Made by a program: the position numbers and the translations under genes. This document shows, piece by piece, positions 8,242 to 16,548 of a stretch of 64,000 bases of DNA. The notes beneath the pieces are model-generated. The model did not search any database and had not been told where the DNA came from. It saw only the letters and a program-made list of their open reading frames with translations. This DNA comes from a virus: positions 1 through 64,000 of IMG/VR virus record IMGVR_UViG_3300045988_144119. One strand, given 5' to 3'. Every line of letters begins with the position of its first letter. Position 1 is the stretch's first letter.

Positions 8242-8709
8242 ATGAATGAATACAAGTTTTATATGATGCATTATGGCGAGCTTGGTGCCGGTTGGAAAGA
8301 CTTGGAAACAGATTTCCCAGGTTTAAGGTATAAAGAATGTACAGGTCTTAATTCGTATGGAGAGCCTACAAATATGTATGCAGAGGATTTTGCCGAGACA
8401 AGCAAGGCGGAAGTGTATGTTTCCAGCACACCGGCACACAAGCAGACAACTATAAAACTGACATTGATATTCTTGGAGGATGATACCAAGGATGATAAGT
8501 CTTACCATGACTTTATGGCTTTCATTACCGGTTCTAAGATTGTCTACCGTGATACAGCGAGGAAGAGAAAGGTCCTGATGTACCTCTCAGGAGCCACAGA
8601 GCCTAAAAGCGATACCCTTTACGGGCAGAAATATAAGGAAGTGACGTTTACTTTCAAGAACGTGTACGGACATTCATTCGGATATGACGAACAATTTTCT
8701 GAAACATAA
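8242..8709 (+). CDS. Hypothetical protein (155 aa)
   Basis: First ORF of the tightly packed rightward series. No motif recognised. Confidence 0.6.
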   Translation: MNEYKFYMMHYGELGAGWKDLETDFPGLRYKECTGLNSYGEPTNMYAEDFAETSKAEVYVSSTPAHKQTTIKLTLIFLEDDTKDDKSYHDFMAFITGSKIVYRDTARKRKVLMYLSGATEPKSDTLYGQKYKEVTFTFKNVYGHSFGYDEQFSET

Positions 8710-8721
8710 ATATATAATGAT

Positions 8722-9339
8722 ATGAAGAATCCGATTGTAGATAACAGAATTGTAGAGGATATCTGGTTCGCCACAAGATTAAATGACACTCTACATAAAA
8801 TATTGAATGGAGAGGTTGTTAGCCGTAATGATATTCAATATTTGACATTTATATCTGATGACCTTCTCGCTTACCAACGCCATACTTGTACAGAACAAGA
8901 CGAGAAAGATTATTTTGAACGTATTGGCAAACCTCTGACGGAGATTATTGCGAAAGAAAAATGTGATATAAGCGAATTGGTTGGAAAGACTATAACATGT
9001 ATAGATGGACTTGAAAAAGATTCGGAAGAAGCTACATTTATATGCTCGGATGGTACGAAGTTTATTATGTACCACGAACAAGATTGCTGTGAGGTTGTGT
9101 CTATTGACGATGTTTGTGGTGATGTTGAAGACTTGATAGGCTCTCCTATATTGAAGGCAGAAGAGGTTTGTAATGATGCAAGCGATGTGATTCGTGAAGA
9201 TGCGGATGCAAGCGCTACTTGGACTTTCTACCACTTGCATACCATCAAAGGAATGGCTACTATCAAATGGTACGGTACTTCCAACGGATATTATTCGGAG
9301 AAGGCTGATTTTGTGAAGGTTTACAAGGCTTACAAATAA
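8722..9339 (+). CDS. Hypothetical protein (205 aa) with a conserved-looking HEQDCCE...TWTFY...GTSNGYYSE region
   Basis: ORF in the operon. The motif pattern resembles an uncharacterised phage DUF; this is from memory and was not verified. Confidence 0.6.
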   Translation: MKNPIVDNRIVEDIWFATRLNDTLHKILNGEVVSRNDIQYLTFISDDLLAYQRHTCTEQDEKDYFERIGKPLTEIIAKEKCDISELVGKTITCIDGLEKDSEEATFICSDGTKFIMYHEQDCCEVVSIDDVCGDVEDLIGSPILKAEEVCNDASDVIREDADASATWTFYHLHTIKGMATIKWYGTSNGYYSEKADFVKVYKAYK

Positions 9340-9390
9340 GTACTAAGCATATAATAATTTTATTTTAAACAACAATAAACCATATATAAT

Positions 9391-9990
9391 ATGTTTTTAG
9401 AGACAGAAACCCTATCAGAAGCGTTGACCTTTGCGAAGTGCAAGGATTTGCCCAAGAAGCTCAATCCCGAACTGGGGCTTACTTGGATATTGGCTATCGC
9501 CCTTATCAAGAAGAAAAACCTTATGAATGCCTATGCCATTGTTGAACAAAGGGCTGACGGACTTATCCAGTACAAGAAGACATTCGGGCGGCTTTCTCCC
9601 ATTGATGGTCTTATCTCCATCCATCCGTATATGTACGTGGATGAAGAGGCGTTGGGAATGGCTATGAAAGCAAACAGACGAACTATCGCCATGCACTATG
9701 CTGATGCAGCGGACGACATCATTGATTCGGACGATGAGAAGTTCAAGGTGTACCAGTTGCAGTACGCCATGGATATGCAGAAGCTGAACATGAACCAGGA
9801 GAAGCCTAGATTCGGGAAGTCTGTTGTGGAAGAAGCGGAGGAAGCGGCTAATCCGGTTGTTGAGGAAGTGTTGAAGGAGAATGAGGCGGTGGCGACAATT
9901 GAGGACGAAGGAGAGTGTGTTATCGAGGTCGAGGACGCTAAGACAGCGTTCAGACCGAAGAGAGGTAGAAAGACTAAAACGGAGAAATAA
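9391..9990 (+). CDS. Hypothetical protein (199 aa), acidic C-terminus
   Basis: ORF in the rightward series. The long antisense ORFs here are judged spurious. Confidence 0.6.
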   Translation: MFLETETLSEALTFAKCKDLPKKLNPELGLTWILAIALIKKKNLMNAYAIVEQRADGLIQYKKTFGRLSPIDGLISIHPYMYVDEEALGMAMKANRRTIAMHYADAADDIIDSDDEKFKVYQLQYAMDMQKLNMNQEKPRFGKSVVEEAEEAANPVVEEVLKENEAVATIEDEGECVIEVEDAKTAFRPKRGRKTKTEK

Positions 9991-9993
9991 GGT

Positions 9994-10548
9994 ATGGCAA
10001 ATAACAAGGAACAACAAGGATTTGAGTTCATCATCAAAGAAAGTGATGTGTTGGAGAGAGAAAACTTCGGCTCGTTTGAGATTGTAATCACGAAAGGATA
10101 TGCCTGTTTTAAGAACTACACAGGATTCCGGGTGTTCACTACCCCGTACGCTGTGGGATTGGACGGTGTGGCACATGAAACATCTCTCTATGCGTGGTTG
10201 AAGTATATGGTGGACTTCAAGAAATCCATCAAAGACAAAGAGAATGAAATGTTCGGGGAAACTACTTCCACCAACAAGGAGTTCTTGGACGGTATGAAGG
10301 TGCTTACCGAAGCGAACCTTATCAAGCCTATGGCTGTGTTCACAGATATTAATGAAGCGCAGAAAGAAGCCGAAAATTATATGAAGTGGATGGAAGGTCA
10401 GATGAAAGATTTGAATAAAGCAATGAACACTACGCCACCTGAAGAAGATTTAAAGGCGAATGCTGAATTTGAGCAGAAGGTTATCATGGCAGAAGAGGCT
10501 AAGGAGGTATTCGATGGAAGTGTTGAAACCGAGGAAAGACAGGTATAA
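9994..10548 (+). CDS. Hypothetical protein (184 aa)
   Basis: The ORF starts 4 nt after the previous stop. Confidence 0.6.
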   Translation: MANNKEQQGFEFIIKESDVLERENFGSFEIVITKGYACFKNYTGFRVFTTPYAVGLDGVAHETSLYAWLKYMVDFKKSIKDKENEMFGETTSTNKEFLDGMKVLTEANLIKPMAVFTDINEAQKEAENYMKWMEGQMKDLNKAMNTTPPEEDLKANAEFEQKVIMAEEAKEVFDGSVETEERQV

Positions 10549-10951
10549 TCCTGATAATACTTACCGTATCTATATCAATATAGGTAATCATCCGGGTGCG
10601 AAGTGGGTATCTTTCAAGGACAAGGAAACCGGGGAAGTTACTAAGGGTATATTCTTGCCTGACTGGGAAACTGGAGGCATACGGATAAGACATGGACAAG
10701 TCAAGTTTGAAATTAATGCAATACCCGTAAAAGGAAAGATAAATACTCATGTGCTTATTCCTGCTGTATATAAAGGTATTGATTGTGGACTTGGACTAAG
10801 CATAGGTAATAAGGTGACAGACTTTAAGAAGGCTGTTATTGGAAACATGTATATATGCGGAGAAATACTTAATGAAGACCAAAAGAAAATACTAGAAAAG
10901 TATGTCAGAAGAAAAGGATTCTTTAAAATCGGGCGTTATAAGAAAAGTTGA
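10514..10951 (+). CDS. Hypothetical protein (~145 aa)
   Basis: The track ORF runs 10460-10951. The internal start MEVLKPRKDRY at 10514 reduces the overlap with the upstream gene. Confidence 0.5.
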   Translation: MEVLKPRKDRYNPDNTYRIYINIGNHPGAKWVSFKDKETGEVTKGIFLPDWETGGIRIRHGQVKFEINAIPVKGKINTHVLIPAVYKGIDCGLGLSIGNKVTDFKKAVIGNMYICGEILNEDQKKILEKYVRRKGFFKIGRYKKS

Positions 10952-11255
10952 GCGTATCGTGTGTGATTGCGTAAATAAAGTATTCTGCAATCAGGACCCT
11001 GTATATCCTTCAACTATCTATGAAGGAAGGACAAACATTATTCTTACAGGAAGGATTGCGAGAGGTGCAGTTTTTGCCGTATTGCATAACAGGTTCGGAA
11101 TCTCATACGGTAATATTGCCAAACACTCAAAAATTAGCAGCAGGAACATTATACGGTCTGTAAAGACTTATAAGAGCATTCCTGATTCGGACAATGCCGT
11201 AATGATGATAAAAGAGCTTATAGAAGTTGAACTAAAAAAATTTCCAATTTTATGA
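10902..11255 (+). CDS. DnaA C-terminal-like HTH protein (putative DNA-binding)
   Basis: ILTGRIARGAVFAVLHNRFGISYGNIAKHSKISSRNIIRSVKTY resembles the Bac_DnaA_C helix-turn-helix. A paralogue lies at 45925-46287. Confidence 0.45.
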   Translation: MSEEKDSLKSGVIRKVERIVCDCVNKVFCNQDPVYPSTIYEGRTNIILTGRIARGAVFAVLHNRFGISYGNIAKHSKISSRNIIRSVKTYKSIPDSDNAVMMIKELIEVELKKFPIL

Positions 11256-11737
11256 ATGATTTGCTTTCTTTTAAACGTAATGCCATGATGCTCGGTCTTT
11301 GCACTGGATATAAGAATAAATGGGACGTAGCTACAAGTAAGGAAGCGTTAATGGATATAGCTTTGGATTCAAACGGTGTGGAGCTGTTGACAGATGCTCA
11401 TAGCTTTGGATTCGGTATGGATATTCAGTATATGAAACGAACGTTTTCTGACTATATTAATGGCAAATGGAAGCGAAACAAGGATGGATATACTTCATGC
11501 CTGTACGTTGACTTTAACGGGCAAATAGAGCAGGATTGTACGCTTACTACGGTGATTTCGTCTAAGGTAACGTTCCATGTGCCGGAAGGCAGCGTTTGTA
11601 AGCTGTATGTTGGGGGTGAATCCACCGTTCATATTGACGGGAAAGGCGTTTGCTATGTGTACTCCTACGGTCACAACGATGTGACAGGTAGGTTTAAGTC
11701 TATGAATTGTATAACTAAGTCTGAATGGGTTAAATAG
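11252..11737 (+). CDS. Hypothetical protein (161 aa)
   Basis: ORF with an ATGA overlap with the upstream gene. Confidence 0.6.
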   Translation: MNDLLSFKRNAMMLGLCTGYKNKWDVATSKEALMDIALDSNGVELLTDAHSFGFGMDIQYMKRTFSDYINGKWKRNKDGYTSCLYVDFNGQIEQDCTLTTVISSKVTFHVPEGSVCKLYVGGESTVHIDGKGVCYVYSYGHNDVTGRFKSMNCITKSEWVK

Positions 11738-11746
11738 TAATTGATT

Positions 11747-11890
11747 ATGTGTTGCAAGGATTGTGCTTATTGTAGAAAATGGGGATATGATTACGTGTGC
11801 TATAATTATAAATTTAGTATCTCAGGATTCATAGTTTCTCCTTTTAAAGATGCTTGCGCTGAGTTTAAGAAAAAAGAAAGCGAGGAATAA
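11747..11890 (+). CDS. Hypothetical Cys-rich small protein (47 aa, below the ORF-track cutoff)
   Basis: Hand translation gives MCCKDCAYCRKWGYDYVCYNYKF..., with CCxxCxxC. It fills the gap between neighbouring genes. Confidence 0.35.
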   Translation: MCCKDCAYCRKWGYDYVCYNYKFSISGFIVSPFKDACAEFKKKESEE

Positions 11891-11892
11891 AA

Positions 11893-12114
11893 ATGGCAGT
11901 AAAATTCAGACATAAGGAAACCGGATTGTTCTTTTGCAGGGCAAAGGGATTATCACCTTCAATAAAAATGTATAACGAATTGGGAGAAGAAGCAATTTTC
12001 AGAAAAAGGAATCTTTCTAAGAGAGGAAGAATCTATGAAACTGCAACTGAAAATCAAAAAAGAATGTGGATTGGAGAAAAACATTGTGACGAATTTGAAA
12101 TAGTACAAGTATGA
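11893..12114 (+). CDS. Hypothetical protein (73 aa)
   Basis: The ORF starts 3 nt after the previous stop. Confidence 0.5.
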   Translation: MAVKFRHKETGLFFCRAKGLSPSIKMYNELGEEAIFRKRNLSKRGRIYETATENQKRMWIGEKHCDEFEIVQV

Positions 12115-12414
12115 ATGGGAACATGAGCCGACAAAGAGTAATATCGCAGTTTATAAGAAGATAGGATTTTTCCAAAGGTTTATGATTAGGGTGTGTTTTG
12201 GACTTAAATATAAGAAATCATGAAAGGGATAGAAGATACTTTGGTATATCACTTAATAAGGAACCGCAAGAACTTTGATGCGTTCATGTTGGATATTGTA
12301 TTTTATGTATTTCCTAAGATAGTTAAATTGTACAATAGCCTATCTGCCATGTGTAGAAAATAACGGGTGAGTTGGCGATTGTAACGCTGGCGCACCTTGC
12401 TTAAAAATCAGATT

Positions 12415-12642
12415 ATGAAAGCAACAGACTTAAAAATAGGCAACTATGTTCATATCAAATTCCGCTCCCAACAAGGAGAAAGGCTTTCCATCCCCATGCA
12501 GATAGTCGGAATATTTTCAAGCATCAATGGGGCAAGCCCGAATGATACCGTTTACCTTGACTTTGAAGGAAACGAAGGTGATATATGGGAAGAAGAAGTA
12601 CAAAATTTAGTATTCGCTAAAACGGAGCTTAAAAAACAATGA
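12415..12642 (+). CDS. Hypothetical protein (~75 aa)
   Basis: The track start at 12397 is TTG; the first ATG (MKATDLK) is at 12415. The stop overlaps the next gene's start. Confidence 0.5.
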   Translation: MKATDLKIGNYVHIKFRSQQGERLSIPMQIVGIFSSINGASPNDTVYLDFEGNEGDIWEEEVQNLVFAKTELKKQ

Positions 12643-13730
12643 ATTATATAGAAGAAGAGCAAATACAAGCCGACATAGAACGGTTTGAGCAAATAGGTAG
12701 CGATATTCCCGATGATGGAGATATGGTTGAACAAATACCATTGTTCAGCTCTTCCGATATGCAGTCAGTCATTGAGGACGGTAAGAAGAAGCCTCCTATT
12801 CATAGGCTTTGGGGCGATTTTTGGTGGGAGAACGAGCTTGTATTCTTATTTGCCGATAGCGGAATAGGTAAATCCATTCTTGCCACGCAGATAGCCTACG
12901 AGATAGCCAAAGGGGAAAGCGAATGTACGGAGGTGGAGGTAAGTCCTCAAACCGTTTTGTACTTCGACTTTGAGTTATCGGACAGGCAGCTTGCAAGAAG
13001 GTACTGCAATGCGGATTTCCCGAAGTCGCTTATCCGATGCACCATATCGGAAGAAGTGGACAGCGAAGATTTTAACATGAACGTGATTGACGGCATAAAA
13101 GACAAGCTGATTGATACAGGTGCAAAGGTTATGATACTTGATAATCTTTCCTATCTTTCTACGCAGACAGCAGAAGCGGAGTTCGCAGGTGCTATTATGG
13201 ACGGTCTTACAAGATTGAAGCGTGAGCTGAAAATCAGTATCATGGTAATAGCGCATACGCCTAAGATTGAGGAATGGAAGCCCTTGTCTAAAACCAATAT
13301 GGCAGGGAGCAAGCTTCTTTCCAACTTTGCGGACGGGGTGTTTGCCATAGGACGTACAAGGAATGGAGGACGTTATCTAAAACTACTAAAAACTCGCATG
13401 GTGAGTGAACCGGATGAAAAGTCGCTCCTGCCATATTTCAATATTATTTCGGAACCTTACCTTCATTTTGAAAAGGTTGGTGATGAAACGGAAAAGAAAT
13501 TACTTATGGGAAAACCTGCAAAAGATTTTTTCACTTCTATTTGGGATAGAGCTGTTGCAGAGCCTATCCCTTTGAACGAGTTGGTTAAACTGATTATATC
13601 TAAAGATAATTCTAAAAATAGTGCAAAATCTAAGGATGGTAATGCCCGTAAGCGTATAGACCGTGCAATAAAGTACGGATCTTTAAAAAAGGACGAATTG
13701 AAGAATATATATTTGAAAACTGACAATTGA
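12639..13730 (+). CDS. RecA-fold ATPase of the RepA/AAA_25 type (replication or recombination helper)
   Basis: P-loop-like FADSGIGKSILATQIA and Walker-B-like KVMILDNLSYL, then IMVIAHTPK. The layout resembles RepA-like/DnaB-like loader ATPases. Confidence 0.65.
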   Translation: MNYIEEEQIQADIERFEQIGSDIPDDGDMVEQIPLFSSSDMQSVIEDGKKKPPIHRLWGDFWWENELVFLFADSGIGKSILATQIAYEIAKGESECTEVEVSPQTVLYFDFELSDRQLARRYCNADFPKSLIRCTISEEVDSEDFNMNVIDGIKDKLIDTGAKVMILDNLSYLSTQTAEAEFAGAIMDGLTRLKRELKISIMVIAHTPKIEEWKPLSKTNMAGSKLLSNFADGVFAIGRTRNGGRYLKLLKTRMVSEPDEKSLLPYFNIISEPYLHFEKVGDETEKKLLMGKPAKDFFTSIWDRAVAEPIPLNELVKLIISKDNSKNSAKSKDGNARKRIDRAIKYGSLKKDELKNIYLKTDN

Positions 13731-13731
13731 C

Positions 13732-13920
13732 ATGAATGTTGAAGAGATAAAGCAAAAGAAGCAGGAGTTGGGCGAAAAGATAGCTGTTCTTCTGAATGGG
13801 TTTGAGGATGAAACCGGAGTTCAAGTTTCTGATGTTGGATTTGTCCGTAGGGTTTCTTATAACGAATTAGGTCGTGAAGTTGGCAAAGAGTATGTGGTTG
13901 AGGTGAAAGTGGAGCTATGA
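13732..13920 (+). CDS. Hypothetical protein (62 aa)
   Basis: ORF packed in the operon, overlapping the next start (ATGA). Confidence 0.5.
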   Translation: MNVEEIKQKKQELGEKIAVLLNGFEDETGVQVSDVGFVRRVSYNELGREVGKEYVVEVKVEL

Positions 13921-14296
13921 ACAGTAAATTTCAGATACGTCAGTTTGAGCTTACCATATACCCACGTAAGCTATGGGTTGTAAAGGGAGGCTCTTTTAAA
14001 GATATAGAACGCACTTTTTATATCGAAGAATCTGAAGAGGTTGAGGATATGTTAAAATCATGCAAGGCTATTACGTTTAGAGCCTCGATAAAAGACGGTG
14101 ATTGGTTAGGTGTTGTTGTATATATAAAACAAAAAATGGGAATTAAGGACATAGCGCATGAGGCTCTTCATGTATCTTCCTTTATTTTTTCTGACATTGG
14201 TGTTAAAGGTGATTTTACAATGATGAGGCACAAGCTTATTTGGTAGGCTTTGCTGCCGATTGCATCAATCAAGTAGTGATAGGAAGGTATAAGTAG
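13917..14296 (+). CDS. Small HExxH (HEALH) metallopeptidase-like protein, reading frame interrupted near 14216-14222
   Basis: The track ORF ends at 14246 (...GDFTMMRHKLIW*). The -1 frame continues NDEAQAYLVGFAADCINQVVIGRYK* to 14296 and reads like genuine protein sequence. Confidence 0.4.
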
Positions 14297-14526
14297 CGAT
14301 GATTTCTTTCTTTGGGGGCGTTGTGTATTGTCGCAGCGTTTTTTATAATATGCTATTAAACATGTATAAATTAAATAAGAAATCCATTGCAATACAAATT
14401 TTAGCCTCTATATTTGCATCATAATTACGCTCATGGCTACGCATACCTTAAAGCTGTATTTGCAGCTTATCCTTGAATAATAGGTATGCTTACCCCTTGT
14501 TTTTTTACAAATAACTCATTAGTATT

Positions 14527-14958
14527 ATGGCATACAAAGCATTAGACATCGCAAATAAAATTATATCCAAAACAGATTTGGAACATGGTGATACTATATC
14601 AAATCTGAAATTGCAGAAGATGATGTATTACCAACAAGGTTTCCATTTGGCATATTTTGGAACACCATTGTTTGATGAGGATATTGTTGCTTGGCAATAT
14701 GGACCGGTTGTCCCTTCTGTATATAAGGAATATAAATCGTTTGAATCCAATTCTATATCGACTTCAAAAGAAGGTATATCTTTATCAGATGATGAAGAAG
14801 AACTTTTCAACAATGTTTATGAGGAATACAACCAGTTTTCTGCTGTAGCCTTGATGAAAATGACACATGAAGAATCTCCTTGGAAAACCACGGAAATAAA
14901 CTCTGTAATAAGCCGTGATAAGATGATGGCGTTTTTCAAAACACAAATTGAAGCATAA
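14527..14958 (+). CDS. Panacea/DUF4065 (SocA-like) antitoxin-domain protein
   Basis: ISNLKLQKMMYYQQGFHLAYFGTPLFDEDIVAWQYGPVVPSVYKEYK matches the DUF4065 core pattern (LKLqKLlYy...AW..GPV...vY). Confidence 0.8.
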   Translation: MAYKALDIANKIISKTDLEHGDTISNLKLQKMMYYQQGFHLAYFGTPLFDEDIVAWQYGPVVPSVYKEYKSFESNSISTSKEGISLSDDEEELFNNVYEEYNQFSAVALMKMTHEESPWKTTEINSVISRDKMMAFFKTQIEA

Positions 14959-15381
14959 ATGAGTGGCAAGTTTAAGTTAAAGCATAAAGATGTAAAGCCT
15001 AATTTAAAAGAAAAAGAGGTTGATGCGAGAAGCAAAGAACCTCTTTTCTGCTTTAAGTACTTGGATATGAAAACATCTTTAAAAGGATGTGATAATAGTG
15101 TGTTCAAGGATTTTGTAACGAGGATGCAAAAATTGTGCTGTCTTACTTGGAAAGATATAAACGTTTCCGGGAAACACCAGTATGGTTTTGAAATGATACC
15201 AATCAAACAGTTGAAGCCAACATCCCTTCCTGCAATAATCACAGAGGATATTAAAGAACTTGCTGTTTTCAGATATAGTGGCGATAACCGCCCTTTCGTA
15301 TGTCTAATAATGGACTGTGTGATATACCCTATATTCATAGAAGCTAAATTCGGTGATATATACGACCACGGAAGTAAATAA
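14959..15381 (+). CDS. Uncharacterised 140-aa protein translationally coupled to the Panacea gene (candidate toxin)
   Basis: Its ATG directly follows the PanA-like TAA (TAAATG). No family recognised. The C-terminus FRYSGDNRPFVCLIMDCVIYPIFIEAKFGDIYDH is only vaguely RelE-like in pattern. Confidence 0.5.
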   Translation: MSGKFKLKHKDVKPNLKEKEVDARSKEPLFCFKYLDMKTSLKGCDNSVFKDFVTRMQKLCCLTWKDINVSGKHQYGFEMIPIKQLKPTSLPAIITEDIKELAVFRYSGDNRPFVCLIMDCVIYPIFIEAKFGDIYDHGSK

Positions 15382-15570
15382 TAACAGATTTATCATACGT
15401 AGAAGCGGTAGGATGTTCTCTTACCGCTTCATTTTTATTGTATAACTACACGTAAAGCCGGACCCTTAGAGTTAGCGTTAATGGGCACTTTGCTTTCTAA
15501 CATGCCTCTTTTTTTGCTCCATTGTGGATTATGTGGTAATTTTGCGACGTTTAACTAAAAAATATATCGT

Positions 15571-16497
15571 ATGAAAAAGATTCTATTATTAGCTTTATTT
15601 GCGTTGGATTTTGTGGCGTGTGATTCACATAAAGGATTTGATTCATTAGAAGAAATGAAAGCCAAAAGCTCAAATATAAAGGGGGTGTATGGATTCACTA
15701 TGGGTGATGATTATGATAAAGTAGCTCTGCAATGCAAATCTATGGGATATGATGTTGTTGATACTTTAAGTGAATTTGTTGAACTAATAAACAACGATAA
15801 TTATAAGTCAGATATAAAAGACTGGAGATTTTTCATAGCAGAAAAGAATGGTATAAGTCAATTATCTTTGGAATTTTATGAAGGTAAACTCTGTATAATA
15901 AGAGGATTTGGTGATTTAAGAAGCAAAGGTGAAAAGAATATAGCAAAGAATATTATGGATAATTATGGGTTGGGGATAAGTTTCGATACACTTTATTCTA
16001 AATATAAAAATTTCCCTTTATCAGAGATGAAAGAGATGATAAGACATCCGATTTTAGATAGGGAAGACCATTATTACGTGAACGATTCTTTGTTATTATC
16101 TTGTATTCTTGACAATCGCAGTTTATCATATATGGTGGTATGCACACTAAACCCATACGCAATGGCTCTTAATGGCAAGGCTCTTGCATTGAAAAGAGAA
16201 TTTCAAAAAACATTATTTGGAGGAAGCCATTCTAATAGTTCTAATAGCGATGGGAATAATGTCCGTGGTCGTGGAACAATGGATAAAGATGATAAAGAAT
16301 ACTGGAACAGTGTAAACAGAGAAAAGAAGCTCCGTGACATGGGTATGAAGGATGCTGCTGAATTGGAACGTAAGGCGAGAATAAGATATTTAGAAGGTAG
16401 CGGCTATCATTCAAAAGACGGTAGTAACCAAGTCCATTTTCAAGGCAGTAAAGAACAAGAGGAGCAATTAAAGCAGATGGACGAAATGGGGTGGTAA
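15571..16497 (+). CDS. Lipoprotein (moron-like)
   Basis: Signal peptide with a lipobox-like end, MKKILLLALFALDFVAC. It is a low-GC gene at the end of the rightward arm, convergent with the tape measure gene. Confidence 0.65.
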   Translation: MKKILLLALFALDFVACDSHKGFDSLEEMKAKSSNIKGVYGFTMGDDYDKVALQCKSMGYDVVDTLSEFVELINNDNYKSDIKDWRFFIAEKNGISQLSLEFYEGKLCIIRGFGDLRSKGEKNIAKNIMDNYGLGISFDTLYSKYKNFPLSEMKEMIRHPILDREDHYYVNDSLLLSCILDNRSLSYMVVCTLNPYAMALNGKALALKREFQKTLFGGSHSNSSNSDGNNVRGRGTMDKDDKEYWNSVNREKKLRDMGMKDAAELERKARIRYLEGSGYHSKDGSNQVHFQGSKEQEEQLKQMDEMGW

Positions 16498-16505
16498 AAA
16501 TGAAG

Positions 16506-16536
16506 AGGCACTCTACTTCTCGCAAGCGGAGTGCCT
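16506..16536. terminator. Bidirectional terminator hairpin between convergent genes
   Basis: AGGCACTC (16506-16513) pairs with GAGTGCCT (16529-16536), followed by TTTGT. It sits between the lipoprotein gene (+) and the tape measure gene (-). Confidence 0.55.
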
Positions 16537-16548
16537 TTGTATTAATAC

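Noticed and set aside
9415-10176. A 253-aa minus-strand ORF, plus the 131-aa ORF at 9696-10091.
   Set aside because: They are antisense to two well-packed plus-strand genes, have Leu/Ser/His-rich low-complexity translations and lack operon context. They are typical shadow ORFs.
14817-15338. A 173-aa minus-strand ORF across the Panacea/partner genes.
   Set aside because: It is antisense to two coupled genes, one with a strong domain match. The translation is Ser/Leu/Ile-rich shadow sequence.
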